Shown: one piece after another, positions 18,250-26,630 of the stretch
Layout of the letters: every line of letters starts with the position of its first letter
Numbering within the stretch: the first letter of the stretch is position 1
DNA from: Parafilimonas sp.
GTDB lineage: Bacteria; Bacteroidota; Bacteroidia; Chitinophagales; Chitinophagaceae
Assembly (NCBI GenBank): GCA_039811225.1
Contig: JBDHYG010000014.1
Coordinates: 660 to 64,659 of the forward strand
DNA length: 64,000 nucleotides
Direction of reading: 5' to 3'
Position numbers and translations under genes: made by a program
Notes under the pieces: model-generated
Told to the model about the DNA's origin: nothing
The model's database searches: none
What the model saw: only the letters and a program-made list of their open reading frames with translations

Positions 18250-18795
18250 ATGAAATCAGAAATGGCAGATACCATTGAGCAGTATGACCGGGAAATAGCC
18301 TCCTGTAAACATATTTTCCTGCAAAAAACCATTGATTATGGTACTTCCTGGCGTGTATTGCGGACAATATCTGTCGTGGATCAGATTTTTATTAAAGCCC
18401 TGCGTATTCGCACCATCCAGGAGAAGAAAGCACAAAAAGTGGCAGATGATATCCGTAGTGAATTTAAAGGCATCATAAATTATGCAGTTATCGGCCTCAT
18501 ACAATTGAAACTGAATGCACCCGACGTAGAGGATATCCCGGCAGAGACTGTCAGTAACTGGTATGATGAGGAAATAGCCATCGTTAAAAAAATCATGCTT
18601 GATAAAAACCATGATTATGGGGAGGCCTGGCGGGAGATGAGCCAGGATAGTTTTACTGACCTGATCCTTGTCAAGCTCATGCGAATCAAACAGATTTTAT
18701 TAAATGATGGGAAAACCCTGATCAGTGAAGGGATTGATGCCAATTATGTAGATATTATAAATTATGCTGTTTTTGCATTGATTCTTTCCGCCTGA
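18250..18795 (+). CDS. DUF1599 domain-containing protein
   Basis: Two internal repeats (DYGTSWRVLR..., HDYGEAWREM...) ending in INYAV. The divergent arrangement with folP is one I recognise from other Bacteroidota. Confidence 0.7.
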   Translation: MKSEMADTIEQYDREIASCKHIFLQKTIDYGTSWRVLRTISVVDQIFIKALRIRTIQEKKAQKVADDIRSEFKGIINYAVIGLIQLKLNAPDVEDIPAETVSNWYDEEIAIVKKIMLDKNHDYGEAWREMSQDSFTDLILVKLMRIKQILLNDGKTLISEGIDANYVDIINYAVFALILSA

Positions 18796-18854
18796 ATTTA
18801 TTCATATAAGTAAAGTGCAGGCGATCTGTAGCAGAAAACAAAAATAACCGTTAC

Positions 18855-19976
18855 ATGAAAAAACTTCTTTTGGTAATCCGCTGGATCATTGGTCTCTTAT
18901 TTATTTTCTCCGGGCTCATCAAAGCGAATGACCCACTGGGCTTGAGTTACAAGATGCAGGAATTTTTCTCTGTCTGGCATTTATCTGCGTTGAATGATAC
19001 CACGCTTACCTTGTCCGTGGTGATGAATATTTTTGAAGTCCTGGCGGGAGTAGCTGTTATCCTGGGATGGCGTATGAAACTCTTCAGTTGGTTATTGCTT
19101 TTATTAATTTTGTTCTTTAGTTTCCTTACCGGTTATGCTGCTTATTCAGGAAAAATAAAAACATGTGGATGCTTTGGTGATTGCCTGCCACTCACACCCA
19201 TCGCCTCTTTCAGCAAAGATATTTTCCTGCTTATCCTGATTCTTCTTTTATTTTTTTACCGGAAGAAAATCCAGTCAGGTTGGAAGTCGCCCGGGCCTCA
19301 GGTGATTTTGCTTTTAACGGTAGTAGCAGTAGGTGGTTTACAATATTATGTTCTAAAACATTTACCCCTGATCGATTGTTTGCCCTATAAAGCCGGGAAT
19401 AATTTGTTAGAGGAAATGAAAGTGCCGTCCGGCGCCATTCCGGATAGTACTGTCATTACTTTTCAATACAAGAAAGATGGGAAAATAGTGTCATTCAGTG
19501 CAGATGAATTTCCTGCTGATTTTGATTCCACCTATGAGTTCATTGACCGCGTAGATAAAGTAGTACGAAAAGGAAATGCCACACCTGCTATTGTTGATTT
19601 TTCGTTGCATGACCAGGAAGGAAATGATGTAACAAATACGGTATTAGCACAACAAGGCCATTATGTGCTGCTTTTTGCGAAAGATCTTTCCACCTACAAC
19701 GATTGGAGCAATCCCACATTTGTTTCTATTCTGCAAAAATGCCAGCAACTGAAAATTCCTTTTTACCTGGTAACCGCGGATATTCATAATGCTGCCACAA
19801 TTTTTGCTAAGATACCAGGTGTTCAACTTTTACAATGTGATGGTACGGTTATTAAAACAGCTGCCCGGGTTTTGCCTACATTTTTTATGATGCAGGGGGC
19901 AACTGTTCAATATAAAGTGGGAGGATATGATCAAAATGAGGTAATGAAAATTCTTACCGGTTTGCCGGGACAATAA
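18855..19976 (+). CDS. MauE/DoxX-family membrane protein with a C-terminal thioredoxin-like soluble domain (BT_3928-like)
   Basis: Four TM helices with a CGCFGDC motif (KTCGCFGDCLPLTP), then a soluble domain of about 190 aa. Confidence 0.65.
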   Translation: MKKLLLVIRWIIGLLFIFSGLIKANDPLGLSYKMQEFFSVWHLSALNDTTLTLSVVMNIFEVLAGVAVILGWRMKLFSWLLLLLILFFSFLTGYAAYSGKIKTCGCFGDCLPLTPIASFSKDIFLLILILLLFFYRKKIQSGWKSPGPQVILLLTVVAVGGLQYYVLKHLPLIDCLPYKAGNNLLEEMKVPSGAIPDSTVITFQYKKDGKIVSFSADEFPADFDSTYEFIDRVDKVVRKGNATPAIVDFSLHDQEGNDVTNTVLAQQGHYVLLFAKDLSTYNDWSNPTFVSILQKCQQLKIPFYLVTADIHNAATIFAKIPGVQLLQCDGTVIKTAARVLPTFFMMQGATVQYKVGGYDQNEVMKILTGLPGQ

Positions 19977-19987
19977 GCGGAGGAAAT

Positions 19988-21034
19988 ATGTTTCGTTTCA
20001 TCTTAAAAAAACTGGGATATGGGATTACCGTTTTACTCGGGGTGGTTATCCTGGTTTTTTTTCTGTTCCAGGGTTTTGGTGACCCGGCTCGGTTGGTATT
20101 GGGACAGAGTGGGAATGCGGAAACCTTAAAAAATATCCGGAAAGACCTGGCCCTGGATGCACCGCGCTGGAAGCAATTTGTGTTATACCTCAATGATCTG
20201 TCGCCCATTAGTGTGTACACGAAAGAAGATATTGCTGCCAAGAACCTGAAGGGATTTTTTTGGGGAAATGAAATACAGGTGGGTATCAAATTTCCCTATC
20301 TACGGAAATCCTATCAATCCAAAAAGAATGTATCTGAAATTTTAATGGAAGCATTGCCCAATACGATTATCCTGGCTTTTGCGGCTATTTTTATTGCTAC
20401 GGTATTAGGTATTGCCTTGGGTGTCCTGGCGGCTATAAAGCAAGGCACCTGGTGGGACACATCGGCCATATTCACCAGTGTATTAGGTATATCCGTTCCT
20501 TCTTTTTATATGGGTATTGTATTAGCTTACCTCTTTGGTTTTTTATGGCATTCTTATACCGGTTTGCACATGACCGGTAGTTTATATACCTATAATCCCT
20601 TTGTGGGAAAACAATTACAATTGCAAAACCTGGTACTGCCCGCAATGACGCTTGGTATACGGCCCATGGCCATTATAGCACAACTGACACGTAGCTCCAT
20701 GCTGGATGTATTGCAACAGAATTTTATTCGTACGGCTTATGCCAAAGGACTTTCTAAAAACCGGGTCATCTGGAAACATGCCCTTCGAAATGCCTTAAAT
20801 CCCGTGATGACGGCAATTACCGGCTGGTTTGCTGAGTTACTGGCAGGCGCTTTTTTTGTAGAATATATTTTTGGCTGGAATGGTATCGGTAAAATAACAG
20901 TGGATGCCTTGGATAAATTAGATTTTCCGGTGGTTATGGGCAGTGTGTTGATTACTGCTTCCTTTTTTGTATTGATTAATTTGCTGGCCGATATCCTGTA
21001 TGGGTTATTGAATCCACGGGTACGGTTGAACTGA
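19988..21034 (+). CDS. ABC transporter permease, DppB/OppB-like
   Basis: MFRFILKKLGYGITVLLGVVILVF N-terminus and the EAA-region motif IRTAYAKGLSKNRVIWKHALRNAL. No partner ATPase, second permease or binding protein lies nearby. Confidence 0.85.
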   Translation: MFRFILKKLGYGITVLLGVVILVFFLFQGFGDPARLVLGQSGNAETLKNIRKDLALDAPRWKQFVLYLNDLSPISVYTKEDIAAKNLKGFFWGNEIQVGIKFPYLRKSYQSKKNVSEILMEALPNTIILAFAAIFIATVLGIALGVLAAIKQGTWWDTSAIFTSVLGISVPSFYMGIVLAYLFGFLWHSYTGLHMTGSLYTYNPFVGKQLQLQNLVLPAMTLGIRPMAIIAQLTRSSMLDVLQQNFIRTAYAKGLSKNRVIWKHALRNALNPVMTAITGWFAELLAGAFFVEYIFGWNGIGKITVDALDKLDFPVVMGSVLITASFFVLINLLADILYGLLNPRVRLN

Positions 21035-21036
21035 AT

Positions 21037-21333
21037 TTATTGGATAACTACTTCTTTGATTACCTGTTCATCAAATGCCTCATTCACCAGGGCAATAATT
21101 TTTTCCTTTTGATATAACAACTCCTGTTTTAAGGGGCCAACAGAAGTTTTAATAAATAAGGTATGATTGATGATTGAAATTTTTTCTGTGTATTTAGCAA
21201 TGGTCTTTCCCATAATTTTTTCCCAGGCCATTTCTATCTGTACTGCACGGACACCTTCCTTCAGGGAAGATTTATTGAGAAAATTTTTTAATGCATCATC
21301 AATACGAACGGCTGCCATACCACAAATGTACAA
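21037..21333 (-). CDS. DUF721 (DciA-like) domain-containing protein
   Basis: Small protein with W..IMGK.IAKYT....I.N.TLFI...S.....EL motifs typical of DUF721. The start could instead be the ATG at 21318. Confidence 0.65.
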   Translation of the reverse strand: MYICGMAAVRIDDALKNFLNKSSLKEGVRAVQIEMAWEKIMGKTIAKYTEKISIINHTLFIKTSVGPLKQELLYQKEKIIALVNEAFDEQVIKEVVIQ

Positions 21334-21351
21334 TAGCAGGTTACAAAAGCA

Positions 21352-22023
21352 TTACTTTTTTTGCGCTACACCGGTAGTGTTGGATTTTAACTTGTCTTTG
21401 AATACTTTTTCAAATTTGTCCAACTTGGGTTGAATTACATATTTGCAATACATCTGGTTGGGATTTTTGTTATAGTAATTCTGGTGATAACCTTCTGCTT
21501 TATAAAACCGGGTATATGGTTCAATCGTGGTTACTATTGGTGCATTATATGCATGGCTTGAATCCAGTTCCTGTTTGTAATGAGTGGCAATTTCTTTTTG
21601 CTCATTGTTGTGATAAAAAATGGCACTTCTGTATTGCGTGCCCACATCATTGCCCTGCCTGTTGAGGGAAGTAGGGTCATGTGTTTTCCAAAAGACTTCG
21701 AGCAGTTCATCATATGAAATTTTAGATGGGTCGAAGAAAATCTGGCAGGCTTCTGCGTACCCGGTGGTACCGGTAGAGACTTCTTCATAAGTAGGATCTT
21801 CTCCAATACCACCGGTATAACCACTTACTACTTTTTCCACCCCGTTTAATCGTTGGAATATTGCTTCGGTACACCAAAAGCAACCGGTACCAAAAGTAGC
21901 CGTATCGTACCCGGAGGTAGTGGCCATATAATTTTCAGAAATCATATTGGATGTTTGATTTTTATGATCTGCACAAGATAAAAAGGTACAGGCACCCAGC
22001 ATGCACCATAAATAATTCAACAT
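21352..22023 (-). CDS. msrA: Peptide-methionine (S)-S-oxide reductase, lipoprotein-type signal
   Basis: Catalytic GCFWC motif (FGTGCFWCTE), plus GYAEACQIFFDP and QGNDVGTQYRSAIF. N-terminal MLGACTFLSC lipobox-like signal. Confidence 0.92.
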   Translation of the reverse strand: MLNYLWCMLGACTFLSCADHKNQTSNMISENYMATTSGYDTATFGTGCFWCTEAIFQRLNGVEKVVSGYTGGIGEDPTYEEVSTGTTGYAEACQIFFDPSKISYDELLEVFWKTHDPTSLNRQGNDVGTQYRSAIFYHNNEQKEIATHYKQELDSSHAYNAPIVTTIEPYTRFYKAEGYHQNYYNKNPNQMYCKYVIQPKLDKFEKVFKDKLKSNTTGVAQKK

Positions 22024-22172
22024 AGAAAATACGTTTTTCAGACTTGATGCAATTACCGTTTTTTGCCTTGTGCAGACAAGTTAATTAACATTTTTTAAAT
22101 AGTTTCTAACAAGTGATTACAAAGGGCACGGATTCGATAGTAAAATACCGCAATTTAAAATGTTACCTACTT

Positions 22173-22180
22173 TATCTTTG
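22173..22180 (+). promoter_or_regulatory. Candidate -7 box (TATCTTTG) upstream of mutS2
   Basis: Exact TAnnTTTG match, 26 nt before the ATG at 22207. No clear -33 element. Confidence 0.25.
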
Positions 22181-22206
22181 ATGAATTTTTGATAAAAATA
22201 GAAGGG

Positions 22207-24306
22207 ATGAATTTCTATCCGGCTACAGCTTTGCAACAATTGGAATTTATTGCCGTAAAGGAAATGCTGGCACAGTATTGCCATACGGAGATGGGGCGGA
22301 TGCTTGTGGAAAATATTCGGGTACATACCCGGAAAGACTTGATAGAAACCGCTCTCCAACAAAGCCATGCATATAAATCCATCATACAGCAGGCCATTTT
22401 TTTCCCACAAAACAATTTGCAGGTTAGCCGTGAAATAAAATTATTGGGCATACCGGGCAGCATTTTATCGGGAGAAGAATGTATGGCGATACATGCTTTC
22501 TGTGAAAACATGCGGGCTATTTTTCAATGGTTCTCCATAGACCGGCAGCAAGCCTATGCCAGTTTATACCAGGTCATAGCTAACGTAAAGTTTGAGAAGG
22601 AAATTAATAAATGTATTGAAGCAGTCCTCGATGAAGATGGTTCGGTGAAAGACCAGGCCAGTGACACATTGCAAAAAATAAGGTTACAATTATTCCGTCG
22701 CCGGCAGGAATTACGACGGGTCTTTGAAAAAGTTATTGCACGCCTGCAAAAGGCCGGTTACACAGCGGATATAGCGGAAAGTTTTAGTAATGGCCGGAGG
22801 GTGGTGGCAGTTTTAGCAGAGTATAAAAGACAGGTAAAAGGGATTATGCATGGCGAAAGTGATAGTCGAAAAACAACATTTATCGAACCGGAAGAAACCA
22901 TCGAACTGAATAATGCCGTGATTATCCTGGAACAGGATGAACACAAGGAAATACAAAAAATCCTGCGGGCACTTACTAACCGCTTGCACCCCTATGCACC
23001 CTTGATAAAAACTTACCAGGAAATTTCTGGCATATTTGATTTTATTGCAGCCAAAGCAAAGCTGGCTATTGCCATGCAGGCGAATTTTCCTACGATAACG
23101 GACCAGGCTGATATAGATTTGAAAGAAGCGGTTCATCCTTTACTTTTCCTCTATAATAAAGCCGCAGGAAAACCCACTGTACCGGTATCTATCCGGTTGA
23201 ATGAAGATGACAGGATTTTAATTATCAGCGGCCCCAATGCAGGAGGGAAAACAGTTGCCATGAAGACCATTGCCTTAAACCAGGTCATGATGCAAAGTGG
23301 ATTACTCGTGCCGGTACATCCTGCATCAGAAATGGGGATTTTTAAAAAATTATTCATTCATATCGGGGACACACAAAGTTTGCAGTTTGAGTTGAGTACC
23401 TATTCGTCACACCTGTTGCATATGAAATATTTTATTGAAGAAGCAGGTGGAAAGACATTATTCTTTATTGATGAATTAGGAAGTGGAAGTGATCCCGGCC
23501 TGGGTGGCGCTTTTGCTGAAGTGATCCTGTCAGAACTGGCACATAAGCATGCAAGGGGAGTGGTGACAACGCATTACCTCAATCTCAAAATTATGGCAAA
23601 TCGTACACCGGGTATATTGAATGGCGCCATGGCATTTGATGAAAAAAATTTAGTACCCTTATATACCTTAACAATTGGCAAGCCTGGCAGCTCTTATACT
23701 TTTTCTATTGCCGAAAGAATAGGCCTTCCTAAAAGACTGATTGAGAAAGCAAGAAAACTGGTAGATGAAAACCATTTTCGCCTGGATAAATTACTTAATA
23801 AAACTGAACAAGGATTACAGGACATTGCGATTGAACAAAAAAAATTGCAACAATTACTCCGGGAAAATCAGGCATTGAAAAAGCAATTGGAAAATCATGT
23901 TCAAAAAGAACAACACCAGCAAAAAGTGGAATTGCTGCGCCAACAGAACAAAATAACGGCTGAGCGGATTGCTTATTTGAAAGAAATGGAAATGAAGCTG
24001 AAACAAATCGTATTGGAATGGAAAAAAACAGAAGATAAAGATCATGTCATCCAACAGATGAAGAATCTGTTATTTAAAAAGAAAGATACCGTTCAAAATA
24101 AAAAAGCGAAGCAAAAGACTTTGGCTGCTTATACGGAACTGCAATGTGAAATCAATATCGGTTCGCAGGTAAAGCTGAAAAACAATTACCAGGTGGGAAC
24201 CGTTTTGGAAATCCGGAAAAAACGTGCCATAGTACAAGTCGGGATGTTACCGTTAAATGTGGCTATGGAGGACCTGGTTCCGGTAAAAAAGCGTGAAAAC
24301 ATTTGA
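22207..24306 (+). CDS. mutS2: MutS2-family ATPase lacking the C-terminal Smr domain
   Basis: Walker A GPNAGGKT and Walker B LFFIDELGSGSDP. MutS2-like N-terminus (LEF..V...LA.YC). Coiled-coil region rich in K/Q/E and a KOW-like end (GSQVKLKNNYQVGTVLEIRKKRAIVQVG). The protein stops where the Smr domain normally begins. Confidence 0.85.
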   Translation: MNFYPATALQQLEFIAVKEMLAQYCHTEMGRMLVENIRVHTRKDLIETALQQSHAYKSIIQQAIFFPQNNLQVSREIKLLGIPGSILSGEECMAIHAFCENMRAIFQWFSIDRQQAYASLYQVIANVKFEKEINKCIEAVLDEDGSVKDQASDTLQKIRLQLFRRRQELRRVFEKVIARLQKAGYTADIAESFSNGRRVVAVLAEYKRQVKGIMHGESDSRKTTFIEPEETIELNNAVIILEQDEHKEIQKILRALTNRLHPYAPLIKTYQEISGIFDFIAAKAKLAIAMQANFPTITDQADIDLKEAVHPLLFLYNKAAGKPTVPVSIRLNEDDRILIISGPNAGGKTVAMKTIALNQVMMQSGLLVPVHPASEMGIFKKLFIHIGDTQSLQFELSTYSSHLLHMKYFIEEAGGKTLFFIDELGSGSDPGLGGAFAEVILSELAHKHARGVVTTHYLNLKIMANRTPGILNGAMAFDEKNLVPLYTLTIGKPGSSYTFSIAERIGLPKRLIEKARKLVDENHFRLDKLLNKTEQGLQDIAIEQKKLQQLLRENQALKKQLENHVQKEQHQQKVELLRQQNKITAERIAYLKEMEMKLKQIVLEWKKTEDKDHVIQQMKNLLFKKKDTVQNKKAKQKTLAAYTELQCEINIGSQVKLKNNYQVGTVLEIRKKRAIVQVGMLPLNVAMEDLVPVKKRENI

Positions 24307-24313
24307 CCATATT

Positions 24314-24331
24314 AAAGTAATTCATTACTTT
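24314..24331 (+). terminator. Weak AT-rich hairpin after mutS2
   Basis: AAAGTAAT (24314-24321) and ATTACTTT (24324-24331) are perfect complements. Only a short T tail follows. Confidence 0.3.
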
Positions 24332-24374
24332 TACCCGTTCAGGCATATACCCCCGGCCAAATACATTTTTTATT

Positions 24375-24800
24375 ATGCCTTCATACAAAAATGCCCTATT
24401 ACTCGACGATGATCCAATTGCGTTAATGGTATGCGAGCGGATGATTCGTATCAGCCATTTTGCCGAAACCTGTATTAATTTTCAAAATACCGCGGAAGCA
24501 TTGAAATTTTTCGCGGAGACACCAGCCGATAGTCCTTCCTATCCGGATATTCTCCTGATTGATTTACATATGCCCTTTATGGATGGCTTTGAATTTTTAC
24601 AAAAAATAAATGAACTGGGCGCAAGGAATGGACACTTCCCGGATGTGTATGTCCTTTCGTCCACGGTTTATGCCGACGATGAAAATAGGCTGAATCGTTT
24701 TCCCTTTGTGAAGAAAATTATTTTGAAACCGCTTACCCCGGAACATTTTGATTCCGATGCGGCATCAACGCATCATCAGGACATTTACGCTCCTCTGTAA
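24375..24800 (+). CDS. Single-domain response regulator (receiver only)
   Basis: LLLDDDP acidic pocket, phospho-acceptor in LIDLHMP, VLSST and KPL. No output domain and no kinase gene nearby. Confidence 0.85.
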   Translation: MPSYKNALLLDDDPIALMVCERMIRISHFAETCINFQNTAEALKFFAETPADSPSYPDILLIDLHMPFMDGFEFLQKINELGARNGHFPDVYVLSSTVYADDENRLNRFPFVKKIILKPLTPEHFDSDAASTHHQDIYAPL

Positions 24801-25712
24801 AATATTAAACGCAATTTCTGCCATCAGGTTTTCCTTATCGAGTGTGGGGTTGACTTCTGTAATTTCAAAACAACAGATCTTCCGGTTTTGCATAAACTTG
24901 CTGACCAGGTCATCCGCTTCCTTTTCGCGCAGGCCGTTATTTACCGGCGTACCGGTTCCTTTGGAAATAGAGGAATCCATACTATCCACATCAAAACTTA
25001 TATAGATATCGGTACATTCGCTTAGAGAGCGTATCACGGAACGTACAATATTTTCGGCACCTTTTCTTCGCACTTCGGCTGTTGATATAACACGGCAACC
25101 ATATTTTTCAATCAGGCTTTTCTCTTCTTTTTCGAAATCACGTAAGGAAATGAATACAATATCTCCCGGTAATACCTTGGGTGCTATCTTGCCGATATTT
25201 TTCAGGTAATCCCATTGTTTTTTTGTTTCAGGGTCCAGTTCATGGACTTTGCAGGCTTTATTATCTTCATTGATGGCAGTAGCCAGTGGCATACCATGCA
25301 TATTTCCGGAAGGAGTGGTATAAGGTGTGTGCAGGTCAGCATGCGCATCTATCCATACAACACCCAGGCGGCTCTTGGGTTTCGCAATTTTAATCCCGGC
25401 AATGACTGCACCGGCTGTACTATGGTCGCCGCTTAATACTACCGGAAAGAAATTGTTTTTGATAGTATCACTGACGGATTTGGAAATTTTATCATACATG
25501 GCCACCATTCCTTTAATACGTTTGGCATAAGGTGAAACAATCGGCTCATATAACATTTTGTTTTCAGTAGGAATTGTTTCTGCAGGAAAGTTGACAAAGA
25601 AATTACTCATAAAATCAAGTGCTGCAATTTTTATCGCATCAATGCCCAGGCTGGCACCCCGGGTGCCGGCGCCGATTTCAGATGGAATTTCTATTAGCTT
25701 AATATTTTTCAT
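24765..25712 (-). CDS. Arginase/agmatinase/formimidoylglutamase-family ureohydrolase
   Basis: Mn-binding motifs SGDHS, DAHADLHTP and SFDVDSMD. 315 aa. Confidence 0.88.
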   Translation of the reverse strand: MKNIKLIEIPSEIGAGTRGASLGIDAIKIAALDFMSNFFVNFPAETIPTENKMLYEPIVSPYAKRIKGMVAMYDKISKSVSDTIKNNFFPVVLSGDHSTAGAVIAGIKIAKPKSRLGVVWIDAHADLHTPYTTPSGNMHGMPLATAINEDNKACKVHELDPETKKQWDYLKNIGKIAPKVLPGDIVFISLRDFEKEEKSLIEKYGCRVISTAEVRRKGAENIVRSVIRSLSECTDIYISFDVDSMDSSISKGTGTPVNNGLREKEADDLVSKFMQNRKICCFEITEVNPTLDKENLMAEIAFNILQRSVNVLMMR

Positions 25713-25791
25713 ATAATTTATTTTTCAAAAAAAGTCATGCACAGTATTGCAAATATAAGTGCTAGATTTTTCTCCTTTCTCCGCGATAAAA

Positions 25792-26499
25792 TTATCGGCT
25801 GAAAAAAATGATGCCGCAAAATAGCAAGACCAGGGCCAGGTACACCCATACTTCATAATGTTTCCAGGTTTGTGTTCTTTTCTTCTGACGAAGAACTTGC
25901 CCGATTTGTGCTAATGCCGGTGCATGCACATGTTGGATTGTTTGCAGGTTTTTGCATATAATTTCAACAGCAGGATAGGGAAGATACAAGCAACATTTCA
26001 ATAAAATAGCCGTTATCTCTTCGTTGGTCTGTTCGTTGGATGATTTTGTTAAATATTGTAAGGCAGCCGGCGATAAGACCTGGCGGGCTTTTTCTGTAAG
26101 TAAACGAGGGCTGATACGGAGGGTATCTACTTGTTCCAAGATGGTTTGAAATTTTCGACAATCCGTAATAATAGATACAGCATTGACGATTTTTTCACTG
26201 GGAACGAAATGACCATAAAAATATACATCATGGTATTGCTTTCGTTTGACAGGGTCCTGTAAAACCTCCCAGGCTTCTGATATCTGGAGGAAACGGGAAT
26301 AGGCCAGGTGATCTCCCGGGCTCCTGTCGGGGTGATATTTCATCACCAGGTTGCGGTAAGCCATCTTTATTTCATGGAGCGATGCCGATGGTGAAACACC
26401 CAGCACAGCATAAAAGTCTTTGAACTCTTTTTTTATCACGAGGCCATTTAATTTCAAAAGTAAATGAAAAAATGCAGGGTGAAGGTTAGCAGGTTGCAA
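25792..26499 (-). CDS. J-domain (DnaJ-like) protein with an unknown middle region and a C-terminal TM anchor
   Basis: DFYAVLGVSPSASLHEIKMAYRNLVMKYHPDR (HPD motif). C-terminal helix VWVYLALVLLFCGIIFF. There is no in-frame ATG before the J domain. Possible starts are TTG 26499, TTG 26457 or GTG 26439 (which gives MIKKEFKDFYAVLG). Confidence 0.75.
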   Translation of the reverse strand: MQPANLHPAFFHLLLKLNGLVIKKEFKDFYAVLGVSPSASLHEIKMAYRNLVMKYHPDRSPGDHLAYSRFLQISEAWEVLQDPVKRKQYHDVYFYGHFVPSEKIVNAVSIITDCRKFQTILEQVDTLRISPRLLTEKARQVLSPAALQYLTKSSNEQTNEEITAILLKCCLYLPYPAVEIICKNLQTIQHVHAPALAQIGQVLRQKKRTQTWKHYEVWVYLALVLLFCGIIFFSR

Positions 26500-26630
26500 C
26501 TAATCAGAATAGGTGATTTATATTTCTTTCCACCATTTCTCCACAGGAAAAAATGGTCGCTTTCATTTTTTGTGGTTTTCCACTAAGTTCGCAGGGGTAT
26601 TCATACCCAGCATGTAAATTTAGCAATATG

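Noticed and set aside
18191-18367. 59-codon N-terminal extension of the folP ORF
   Set aside because: The extension has no DHPS similarity and overlaps the start of the divergent DUF1599 gene. MFTFNCKG at 18190 gives a normal-length FolP.
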